Shown: piece by piece, positions 57,392 to 64,000 of the stretch | Position numbering within the stretch: the stretch's first letter is position 1 | Layout of the letters: each line of letters begins with the position of its first letter | From: Bifidobacterium breve | GTDB taxonomy: Bacteria > Actinomycetota > Actinomycetes > Nanopelagicales > Nanopelagicaceae | Assembly: GCA_945860275.1 (NCBI GenBank) | Contig: CAMAPN010000002.1 | Coordinates: 29,769-93,768, forward strand | Direction: 5' to 3' | Length of the DNA: 64,000 nucleotides | The notes under the pieces: generated by a model | Told to the model about the DNA's origin: nothing | Databases searched by the model: none | The model's input: the letters and a program-made list of their open reading frames with translations, nothing else | Made by a program: the position numbers and the translations under genes

Positions 57392-57604
57392 TTACAACAA
57401 GAAAGTTGAAAGTGCGCGGCGCAAAAGATCACCAATTAATTGCGCGATGCTCTCTGAACCAAGTAGTTTGTAAAGGACTCCCGCGAAGCCGCATGCGGCA
57501 ACTGTTGTTACTGCATATTCGGCGGTGGCAATTCCTAGCTCGCCAGCGATTCGGGCCGAGTTAAAGCTTTTGATGAACACAATTGTTTTAGCGAACAATG
57601 TCAT
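57392..57604 (-). CDS. Flp-type pilin-like protein (DUF4244-like)
   Basis: 70 aa. The processing-type motif is G-IATAEYAVTTVAACGFAGVLY (Flp G/xxxxEY). A strong AAGGAG SD is present, preceded by a 110-nt AT-rich gap. Confidence 0.7.
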   Translation of the reverse strand: MTLFAKTIVFIKSFNSARIAGELGIATAEYAVTTVAACGFAGVLYKLLGSESIAQLIGDLLRRALSTFLL

Positions 57605-57713
57605 TCTCCTTCTTTTGAGTTGATAACAGAAATAATGCTTCGTGAAAGAATTCTCATCTACCTAAGAAATTATCCAAATTGAATGATTGATAGATGGGGA
57701 AAGTCGAGAGCTG

Positions 57714-58325
57714 TTAAAAGATTCTCAATGAAGAAAAGAAAGAGTAGATCACTGGCCCGATTCCGCCGATAAGAAAGCTAGGCAGAAAACACAGACCAAT
57801 AGGGAGCGCTAACTTCACTGAGAGTGATTTCACCCGTTCTTTTGAGCGTGTGAGCGTCTTCTCAAAAACCTCAGTAATCATTCGATCGACGACAATGGCA
57901 AGCGAGCGCCCCTCAAGCTGGGCACGTGCAATTGCGCGGGCACAGGAGCCAAGTTGTGGGTCATCAACGAGTACTCCCCATGCCTGCTTTGGCTCTGCAC
58001 CCAGAAGTAATAGCGAGTAGACCTTTTCGATATCGCTTTTTAGGGAGCTAGTAAGTAGCGTGGCGACATTTGCTAAGGCTGGAAGAAGTGGCAGCCCAGC
58101 TTTTAGCGAGCCGCCCAGCGCAGAGAGAAAGAAAAGCCCCTCGCGCTCACGCTCTTTTGCGCGCGCAACGCTCGCCTCGGAAGGAAGGAGCGTGAGCGTT
58201 CGCTTAAGAAGCCCATAGGCAACTGGCGCGACCAAAACCCACCACATACCAAAAAAGAGAAGCGGTGTAAGGGCGCCCACCATTGGCATCAAATGTATCG
58301 ATCGAAGGAACGAAGTCACACGCAT
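57714..58325 (-). CDS. type II secretion system F-family membrane protein (TadC-like)
   Basis: T2SSF-like region ...LKAGLPLLPALANVA...GAEPKQAW...LEGRSLAIVVDRM... with a terminal TM helix. The ORF track extends to 58430, but the ATG at 58325 (MRVTSF...) avoids a 98-nt overlap with the upstream gene. Confidence 0.7.
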   Translation of the reverse strand: MRVTSFLRSIHLMPMVGALTPLLFFGMWWVLVAPVAYGLLKRTLTLLPSEASVARAKEREREGLFFLSALGGSLKAGLPLLPALANVATLLTSSLKSDIEKVYSLLLLGAEPKQAWGVLVDDPQLGSCARAIARAQLEGRSLAIVVDRMITEVFEKTLTRSKERVKSLSVKLALPIGLCFLPSFLIGGIGPVIYSFFSSLRIF

Positions 58326-58332
58326 CTGAATG

Positions 58333-58818
58333 CTAACTTCGTGCGTGAGCGATAATCCGCTCCGACCATTGTCGACCAAATACTTGCAGCGCGATGGAGA
58401 TAAGAACCATTCCAACCGGAATCGGCGCAAGCAGACTCTGATTTACTGGCATTACATTTCCAATTGCCGCGCCAAGAAGAATCAGCGCTGGAAAATAGGT
58501 GAGCAGTTTGAGCGTTGCTCGAGCTGGCGCAATCTCCACGTCAATTGCACGCTCACGCTCTATCTGGAATTTACATTGGCGTGCCAACTCTCGAAGTGGC
58601 GGCAGCAGCGCCAACCCTTGCGCGATTGAGAGATAGCAGAACTTTTCAATCGGAGTACCGACAAGATCTCGATAGCGATGTCTTTCAAAGCTGACATGGA
58701 TATGCTCGCCGCTCTCTGCATCGTCAATTACTGATTCTAGAAATTCCATCTGGCGCGCGAGCGCATTCTTACGCTCTGGTCGAAGGAGGGCGCCAGGTAG
58801 CAACCAGGTGAGAATCAC
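58333..58818 (-). CDS. type II secretion system F-family membrane protein (TadB-like)
   Basis: 161-aa membrane protein lying between the ATPase and the TadC-like gene. There is a GTGA overlap with the ATPase gene. The assignment rests mainly on position and topology. Confidence 0.55.
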   Translation of the reverse strand: MILTWLLPGALLRPERKNALARQMEFLESVIDDAESGEHIHVSFERHRYRDLVGTPIEKFCYLSIAQGLALLPPLRELARQCKFQIERERAIDVEIAPARATLKLLTYFPALILLGAAIGNVMPVNQSLLAPIPVGMVLISIALQVFGRQWSERIIAHARS

Positions 58819-59885
58819 TTGAGCAACGCTCGTTTCAGATGCGCTATGTGCTCGAGTGTGAAATCTTCAGGAGGGCTGATCAGCTCTTCAATTACTACGT
58901 TCTCGTCGGCAGCAACCACGTGTGAAATTGAGGAAATTCGATTGCCGCTTCGCCCACCATCTAAGTGAATAATGAGATCTATCGAACTAGCGAAGAGGGC
59001 AAGTGCGCCATCTCGAGGAATCCCAACTGTCATGGCTAGCGCAGCGATGCGATTGGGGATATCCCGTGGTGAATTTCCATGAATCGTGCCGCCACTTCCG
59101 GCATGCCCGGTGTTCAAAGCGAGGAAAAGATCAAGAACGTCCGCGCCCCGAACCTCGCCCAGGAAGATTCGATCTGGTTTCATTCGAAGCGCATGTCGAA
59201 TCAATTCGCGAATTGTTAGCGCACCAATGCCTTCGCTGTTGCTCTCTCGAGCTTGCAACCTGAGAAGGTGGGGGTGCGCTGCCTGAATCTCATGCGTATC
59301 TTCGATAACCAGTAGTCGTTGGTTCGAGGGAATACTTTCAATGAGCTGGGAAAGAAGCGTGGTTTTGCCACTACCCGTACCGCCCGAAATGAGGAAATTC
59401 CTTTTGCTCGTGATGATGAGATTGAGGACTTCTCGTTGCCGCTCGCTGATACGCCAGTTGCTCTTCCTTTGATTGACTCGAAGCGAGAGGTGCACACCTG
59501 ATTCAACTAGCGGTGGTAGCAGCGCATGTAAACGCACTCCCGCACTTAGTTCAAGGTCGACTGCCGGATGCGCCTGATCGAAAAGTTTTCCTGCGCGCAA
59601 AGACTGCGAACGAATAAAGTTCACTAACATCCGCTCATTAATGGGAAAATCAAACTCCTCTAAGCCAGCACCTCGATTAATCCATGCTCCGGAGTTTGCG
59701 TTGATGAATAAGTCGGTAAAACTCTCGTGCTGGAGGAGCTGGGTAAATGGTCCAAGGCCCCGTGAGATATCGCGGAGCGCCGCAGATTCATCTTCGAACT
59801 CTTGCTCAGGAATCCATGGGCTCTTTTCGATTAACTCTGCGACAACCTGTGACCTGATTTCATCGAGAAGTTCTCCTTGCATCAT
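58815..59885 (-). CDS. tadA: TadA/CpaF-family secretion ATPase
   Basis: Walker A ISGGTGSGKTTLL, Walker B LLVIEDTHE, Asp and His boxes (PDRIFLGEVRG; TGHAGSGGTIHGNS); 356 aa. Confidence 0.9.
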   Translation of the reverse strand: MMQGELLDEIRSQVVAELIEKSPWIPEQEFEDESAALRDISRGLGPFTQLLQHESFTDLFINANSGAWINRGAGLEEFDFPINERMLVNFIRSQSLRAGKLFDQAHPAVDLELSAGVRLHALLPPLVESGVHLSLRVNQRKSNWRISERQREVLNLIITSKRNFLISGGTGSGKTTLLSQLIESIPSNQRLLVIEDTHEIQAAHPHLLRLQARESNSEGIGALTIRELIRHALRMKPDRIFLGEVRGADVLDLFLALNTGHAGSGGTIHGNSPRDIPNRIAALAMTVGIPRDGALALFASSIDLIIHLDGGRSGNRISSISHVVAADENVVIEELISPPEDFTLEHIAHLKRALLK

Positions 59886-60547
59886 CGGAGAATCTCACGT
59901 GCGATATCAGTGACTCGTTGCTCGTTCTGGCTTGATAGTTTTCGCAATACCCCAAATCCAAGAGCAAGGTGTAAATCTTGTGAACGTGGCAAAGTAAATA
60001 TCTTTGCATCGGTGACAAAACCCTCGAGCGCAGCGCGCTTCTTTATTCGCGCGGAGTGTTTATTGATAATCACTAACTTGGGCTTTAACTCTCCTGCAAG
60101 TGCAGTTAATCCAATCAAGGAAGGCAAGGTATTTTCTGCAACAAAGATGGTGTTCATGCTGGGAAATCGATGGTGCGGATTATCGAATAGAACGAGGTCG
60201 AAATTCTCGCCAGCGAGGGTGCAAAATTGAGTAAAAATCTCCTCAGATATTGGTGCGCTACTTCTTCTGGTGAGAAGAGCAAAGCCAGCGCGAAGCTGCT
60301 GCGGCAACGCCTGGGCTTTGACTAAAGCGTTCGCTCGCCGGTACTCCTCCCAGAATGGAGGACCGGCCCCGAGAACCTCGCGGAGCGGTGCTCGAGTATC
60401 TGATTCGACGATGAGCACGCGCTGCCCTAACCGGGTTGCAATTCGAGCGAGGTGGAGGGTGATTGTGGTGGTGCCAACGCCGCCAGATGCGCAGAACGTG
60501 CCCCACAGTCGTGGGGATCGAGAGTGAGGCACGGGCGGGATTATCAC
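59882..60547 (-). CDS. CpaE/Ssd-like ParA/MinD-fold protein with degenerate Walker A
   Basis: 221 aa with a MinD/ParA-like fold. The P-loop reads ASGGVGTTTITL and both conserved lysines are missing. It is the first gene of the Tad-like operon. GTG start. Confidence 0.65.
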   Translation of the reverse strand: MIIPPVPHSRSPRLWGTFCASGGVGTTTITLHLARIATRLGQRVLIVESDTRAPLREVLGAGPPFWEEYRRANALVKAQALPQQLRAGFALLTRRSSAPISEEIFTQFCTLAGENFDLVLFDNPHHRFPSMNTIFVAENTLPSLIGLTALAGELKPKLVIINKHSARIKKRAALEGFVTDAKIFTLPRSQDLHLALGFGVLRKLSSQNEQRVTDIAREILR

Positions 60548-60586
60548 GAGCGCGCACGTGCGGGTGCGCGCATTCCCATCTCACTT

Positions 60587-61441
60587 ATGGAAATCGTGAA
60601 GTGGGCATACCTGTCGGTAATCGTTACGCTTCATTATGTGAGTAAGAGCGCCGCATTCTTCGATCTCGATAAAACCATCATCTCGCGCTCCTCACTTCTG
60701 GCATTTACCAAACCGTTTAATGAAGCTGGGTTGATTTCTCGGAAACGAATGATGCGTAATTTTGTTAATCAATTCTTCTTTGCTAATTCTGGCGCCAATC
60801 ATGCACAGATGGAGAAGATGCGGCAGACGCTTACCTCGATGGTCACCGGCTGGGATGTCGCGCAAACGAAGAACGTGATTAATGAATCGCTCCATTCAGC
60901 CATTGATCCGATGATTTATGACGAAGCGGCAGAATTAATTGAGAAACATATTCGCGATGGGCGCGATGTCATTATCGTGTCGACATCGGGGCGTGAGATT
61001 GTTGAACCGATTGGCAAGATGCTTGGCGCAAAAGATGTCATCGCTACAGATATGGAGATTGTCGATGGTCTTTATACGGGTAAAGTTTCGTACTACGCAT
61101 ACGCAGAGAAGAAAGCAGAAGCAGTTCGTGCAATAGCCGAGAAGAATGGGTATGACTTACAGAAATCGTTCGCCTATTCCGACTCCAGCACCGATATTCC
61201 TCTGCTCTCTATCGTCGGTTTTCCATGCGTAGTCAATCCAGATCGTGGATTACGTGCACATGCAGAGGCAAATAATTGGCCAATTCTCCACTTCACGCGC
61301 CCAGTTCCATTGAAGCAGCGCTTTGCAGCTATTCCCCCACGTCCTGCAATTGCAACAGCTCTTGGCTTAGGCGCGCTCAGTGCAATAATCTATTTAGTGA
61401 AACGTAAAAAGAAATCTGCTGGAGGACCTGATGTCACTTGA
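60587..61441 (+). CDS. HAD-IB family hydrolase (SerB-like) with C-terminal TM anchor
   Basis: Motif [10 protein letters not shown], motif [12 protein letters not shown], and the C-terminal helix [18 protein letters not shown] followed by KRKKK. The ORF track starts at 60452 inside the divergent gene. ATG at 60587 or GTG at 60638 are the realistic starts. Confidence 0.8.
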   Translation: MEIVKWAYLSVIVTLHYVSKSAAFFDLDKTIISRSSLLAFTKPFNEAGLISRKRMMRNFVNQFFFANSGANHAQMEKMRQTLTSMVTGWDVAQTKNVINESLHSAIDPMIYDEAAELIEKHIRDGRDVIIVSTSGREIVEPIGKMLGAKDVIATDMEIVDGLYTGKVSYYAYAEKKAEAVRAIAEKNGYDLQKSFAYSDSSTDIPLLSIVGFPCVVNPDRGLRAHAEANNWPILHFTRPVPLKQRFAAIPPRPAIATALGLGALSAIIYLVKRKKKSAGGPDVT

Positions 61442-63380
61442 GAATCTGCTCTCAGAGAATAGAACTTTTCCACCATCTGCCGAGTTTGCTGCTGCTGCCA
61501 ATGCGAAAGCTGACATGTATGCGCACGCTGATGCAGATCGATTGAAGTTCTGGGAAGAGCAAGCTCGCTTCTTGCAGTGGGAGAAGCCCTGGGAGAAGAC
61601 GCTGGAGTGGGAAGCGCCTTTTGCTAAGTGGTTTATTGGCGGAACACTCAATGCATCTGTGAATTGCCTTGATCGTCACATAGCCGAGGGTCGTGGTGAT
61701 CGAGTTGCCATTCTCTTTGAAGGAGAGCCTGGCGATACCCGGAAGATTACCTACGCTCAAATGCTTACTGAAGTGAAAAAGACTGCGAATGCTCTTATTG
61801 AATTAGGTGTCACAAGTGGCGATCGAGTTGCCATTTATATGCCAATGATTCCAGAAGCTGCGATTGCGATGCTTGCTTGTGCTCGCCTTGGTGCGATGCA
61901 CTCTGTTGTCTTCGGTGGTTTCTCTGCTGAAGCGCTGCTCTCACGTATCCAAGATGCAGATGCAAAGGTTGTTATCACTGCAGATGGTGGCTATCGCAAG
62001 GGCGCTGCTAATGCGCTTAAGCCAGCAGTTGATGAAGCGCTTAAGGGCAAACAGAACGTTAAGCATGTATTAGTCGTCAAACGAACCGGCCAGGAAGTTG
62101 CGTGGGATTCATCGCGCGATGTTTGGTGGCATGAGATTGTTGATCGACAGAGCGCAGAACATGTCGCAGAAGCCTTCGATAGCGAACATGGCTTATTCAT
62201 TCTGTATACATCGGGAACTACTGCGAAACCAAAAGGTATTTATCACACAACTGGCGGCTATTTAACTCAAGCAGCTTTCACGCATCGTAATGTTTTTGAT
62301 TTGAAGCCAGAGAAAGATATCTACTGGTGTACCGCTGATGTTGGTTGGGTGACCGGTCACTCGTACATTGTTTATGGCCCGATGATTAACGGTGCAACGC
62401 AGGTAATGTATGAAGGAACTCCTGATTCACCTACTAAAGGTCGAATGTTCGAGATTATCGAGAAATACGGCGTTACGATTTTGTATACCGCGCCGACGTT
62501 GATTCGTACCTGGATGAAGTGGGGCGATGAGTTTCCTAAGGCGTCTAATCTCTCCACGCTTCGTTTGCTTGGTTCGGTTGGTGAGCCAATTAACCCTGAA
62601 GCATGGATGTGGTACCGCGAAGTTATCGGCGGAAATCGCTGCCCGATTGTTGATACCTGGTGGCAGACCGAGACTGGCGCGATCATGATCTCGCCACTTC
62701 CTGGCGTCACCGCGACTAAACCAGGTTCTGCGATGGGCACACTTCCTGGAATTAGCGCGGAAGTAGTTGATGACAATGCGAAGCCCGTGGGTAATGGTGG
62801 CGGCGGATATCTCGTTCTCGATAAGCCATGGCCGTCGATGCTCCGTGGCATTTGGGGCGAGCCTGAGCGTTACAAAGAGACCTATTGGTCGCGTTATGAC
62901 GGGCTTTACTTTGCTGGCGATGGTGCCAAACTCGATGATGCTGGCGCGATCTGGTTACTCGGTCGCGTTGATGATGTGATGAACGTTTCTGGTCACCGCA
63001 TCTCTACAACTGAAGTCGAATCAGCTCTTGTTTCCCACCCTGCTGTTGCTGAAGCGGCTGTTGTCGGCGCAAACGATGCGATGACGGGGCAAGCGATTGC
63101 CGCCTTTGTGATTTTGCGCGGTGGCGTACCTAATGTTGGTGGCGAAGAGTTGATTCAAGAACTTCGTAACCATGTGGCAAAAGAGATCGGCCCGATCGCA
63201 AAGCCAAAGCAGATTCTCGTGGTTGCAGAGTTACCGAAGACGCGAAGCGGAAAGATTATGCGTCGTTTGCTTCGCGATGTTGCAGAGAATCGTGCTGTTG
63301 GTGATTCCACAACGCTGGCTGACCCGAATGTGATGAAGTTGATCTCTGAAGGATTGAAGGCTGGCAAGAGCGAAGATTAA
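61431..63380 (+). CDS. acs: acetyl-CoA synthetase (AMP-forming)
   Basis: AMP-binding motif [11 protein letters not shown], plus WWQTETG and the C-terminal [15 protein letters not shown]; 649 aa. It overlaps the HAD gene stop by 11 nt. Confidence 0.96.
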   Translation: MSLENLLSENRTFPPSAEFAAAANAKADMYAHADADRLKFWEEQARFLQWEKPWEKTLEWEAPFAKWFIGGTLNASVNCLDRHIAEGRGDRVAILFEGEPGDTRKITYAQMLTEVKKTANALIELGVTSGDRVAIYMPMIPEAAIAMLACARLGAMHSVVFGGFSAEALLSRIQDADAKVVITADGGYRKGAANALKPAVDEALKGKQNVKHVLVVKRTGQEVAWDSSRDVWWHEIVDRQSAEHVAEAFDSEHGLFILYTSGTTAKPKGIYHTTGGYLTQAAFTHRNVFDLKPEKDIYWCTADVGWVTGHSYIVYGPMINGATQVMYEGTPDSPTKGRMFEIIEKYGVTILYTAPTLIRTWMKWGDEFPKASNLSTLRLLGSVGEPINPEAWMWYREVIGGNRCPIVDTWWQTETGAIMISPLPGVTATKPGSAMGTLPGISAEVVDDNAKPVGNGGGGYLVLDKPWPSMLRGIWGEPERYKETYWSRYDGLYFAGDGAKLDDAGAIWLLGRVDDVMNVSGHRISTTEVESALVSHPAVAEAAVVGANDAMTGQAIAAFVILRGGVPNVGGEELIQELRNHVAKEIGPIAKPKQILVVAELPKTRSGKIMRRLLRDVAENRAVGDSTTLADPNVMKLISEGLKAGKSED

Positions 63381-63398
63381 TTAGGTTTAATTAAAAAA

Positions 63399-63427
63399 GA
63401 CCCGAGGAGAAATCCCCGGGTCTTTTT
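63399..63427 (+). terminator. rho-independent terminator downstream of acs
   Basis: GACCCGAGG-agaaat-CCCCGGGTC forms an 8/9-bp GC-rich stem with a 6-nt loop, followed by TTTTT and preceded by AAAAAA (potentially bidirectional). It lies 19 nt after the acs stop. Confidence 0.8.
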
Positions 63428-63434
63428 CATTCAG

Positions 63435-63467
63435 TAGCTCGTTTTTCCGAGCACCCCTTTGGCTAAG
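63435..63467 (+). pseudogene. decayed partial copy (D-arm plus 5' anticodon arm) of the downstream tRNA-like gene
   Basis: TAGCTC-N8-GAGC-A-CCCCTTTGGCTAAG parallels TAGCTC-N8-GAGC-CT-CCTCTTTGGCTAAG of the tRNA-like gene (63580-63613). The two share an exact 11-mer, CTTTGGCTAAG. The copy has no acceptor or T arm and its D-loop lacks GG. Confidence 0.45.
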
Positions 63468-63536
63468 TATTCAAAGGATACACCTCGAGTGTCATTCACA
63501 GATATCAAGTATGCACAGATTCTGACTTTCAAGGTT

Positions 63537-63556
63537 TGTGCATTTTGTAATGCACA
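63537..63556 (+). promoter_or_regulatory. perfect 8-4-8 palindrome TGTGCATT-ttgt-AATGCACA overlapping a putative promoter of the tRNA-like gene
   Basis: The perfect inverted repeat spans 63537-63556. A third half-site, TATGCACA, lies at 63510-63517. A possible -35 CTGACT (63522-63527) and -10 TGTAAT (63546-63551) are spaced 18 nt apart. A T-rich tract follows. Confidence 0.3.
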
Positions 63557-63572
63557 TAAATTTGTTTTTGCT

Positions 63573-63647
63573 CCCACGGTAGCTCAATGGATAGAGCCTC
63601 CTCTTTGGCTAAGGGGTGGGTTGCGGGTTCGAATCCCGCCCGTGGGA
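63573..63647 (+). tRNA. tRNA-like gene with non-canonical (2-nt expanded) anticodon arm; best reading tRNA-Pro(UGG)-like
   Basis: The canonical parts are the acceptor CCCACGG/CCGTGGG, U8 A9, D-arm GCTC-AATGGATA-GAGC, T-arm GCGGG-TTCGAAT-CCCGC and discriminator A. However, 25 nt rather than 23 nt separate the D and T stems (CTCCTCTTTGGCTAAGGGGTGGGTT). No CCA is encoded. Confidence 0.55.
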
Positions 63648-63655
63648 CGCAAAGA

Positions 63656-63691
63656 AGAAAGCGCTGGGAGTTAGCCGCCCCAGCGCTTTCT
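63656..63691. terminator. 13-bp perfect hairpin between the tRNA-like gene and the convergent DUF305 gene
   Basis: AGAAAGCGCTGGG-agttagccgc-CCCAGCGCTTTCT, with a 10-nt loop. It lies 9 nt after the tRNA-like 3' end. The T-tract is weak (TTTCT is part of the stem). Confidence 0.55.
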
Positions 63692-63837
63692 GCTACGTAG
63701 AGCTCTCCATGACTTGGGATTTTTGAGCTACCACATCGACAAAGTACGCCAATATTAACGAAAGCGTTTGGAAAGTCACTCCGCAAAAGTTAACAGAAAG
63801 TAATAGTTGCAAGAATAAAACTGCGGAGAGTAATTAA

Positions 63838-64000
63838 TTAGGAAATGGTGGCGAGGAGAGTTTTCATCTCTCCGATTTCTGCACTTTGTGAGTTGATGAT
63901 GGCTTTGCCAAGAGCAGCTGCCTCTTCGTTTGCAGAATCAACGACCATCTCCGCCATATCAATCGCACCTTCATGGTGAGCGATCATTCCCTTGAGAAAC
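63838..64000 (-). CDS. DUF305-family protein, C-terminal fragment (gene runs off the window end)
   Basis: The minus-strand translation ends ...MIAHHEGAIDMAEMVVDSANEEAAALGKAIINSQSAEIGEMKTLLATIS*. The HH-x-GAI-x-MA and Q-x-x-EI-x-x-M pattern is typical of DUF305. Confidence 0.6.
   Translation of the reverse strand, partial: FLKGMIAHHEGAIDMAEMVVDSANEEAAALGKAIINSQSAEIGEMKTLLATIS

Noticed and set aside
60452-60586. N-terminal extensions in the ORF track for the HAD hydrolase (60452-60586), the EamA transporter (35259-35393) and the TadC-like gene (58326-58430)
   Set aside because: The extensions overlap neighbouring genes by 96-135 nt, have non-protein-like composition, and internal starts fit family N-termini. 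An SD supports the internal start only for the EamA gene (AGGAG before GTG 35258). Shorter gene models were used.
1-64000. CRISPR arrays, transposases, integrases, prophage genes, rRNA operons, and toxin-antitoxin or known defence modules
   Set aside because: I found no spaced direct-repeat array, no DDE or tyrosine/serine recombinase-like ORF and no rRNA-like sequence. All large ORFs are accounted for by housekeeping, transporter or secreted-protein genes.

Overview
The window reads as a very compact, almost entirely core chromosomal segment of an actinobacterium. GC looks moderate by eye and was not computed. Many adjacent genes share ATGA, GTGA or TAATG stop/start overlaps, and most genes lie on the minus strand.

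Gene content and order follow three synteny blocks that I recall from Mycobacterium and Corynebacterium:
- carD / lpqE-like, then regX3-senX3 / phoU / gpmA / ybjN-like / mshA, and a separate proC / bS22 neighbourhood.
- radA, mutY, clpC, lysS, coaX, panC, folKBPE, ftsH, hpt, tilS.
- acs, a HAD-IB hydrolase, a 7-gene Tad/Flp-like 'secretion neighbourhood' locus, topA, tmk, holB.

Small accessory-looking insertions sit between these blocks:
- three large secreted proteins of unknown function;
- a secreted SNase-LTD-PASTA nuclease coupled to a DMT transporter;
- three EamA transporters;
- a small catabolic cluster (mmsA, a Zn-ADH, a D-aminoacylase and an enolase-superfamily enzyme);
- a membrane H+-pyrophosphatase.

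RNA genes are one canonical tRNA-Thr(CGU) and one tRNA-like gene with a non-canonical anticodon arm. That tRNA-like gene is preceded by a decayed copy of its own 5' half and by an operator-like palindrome, and I consider this the most unusual locus in the window.

I saw no CRISPR array, transposase, integrase, rRNA, or obvious defence or toxin-antitoxin system. Two genes lie below the 60-aa cutoff of the ORF track: ribosomal protein bS22 and a 57-aa membrane peptide.

All family assignments come from motif recognition by eye. No database search was run.
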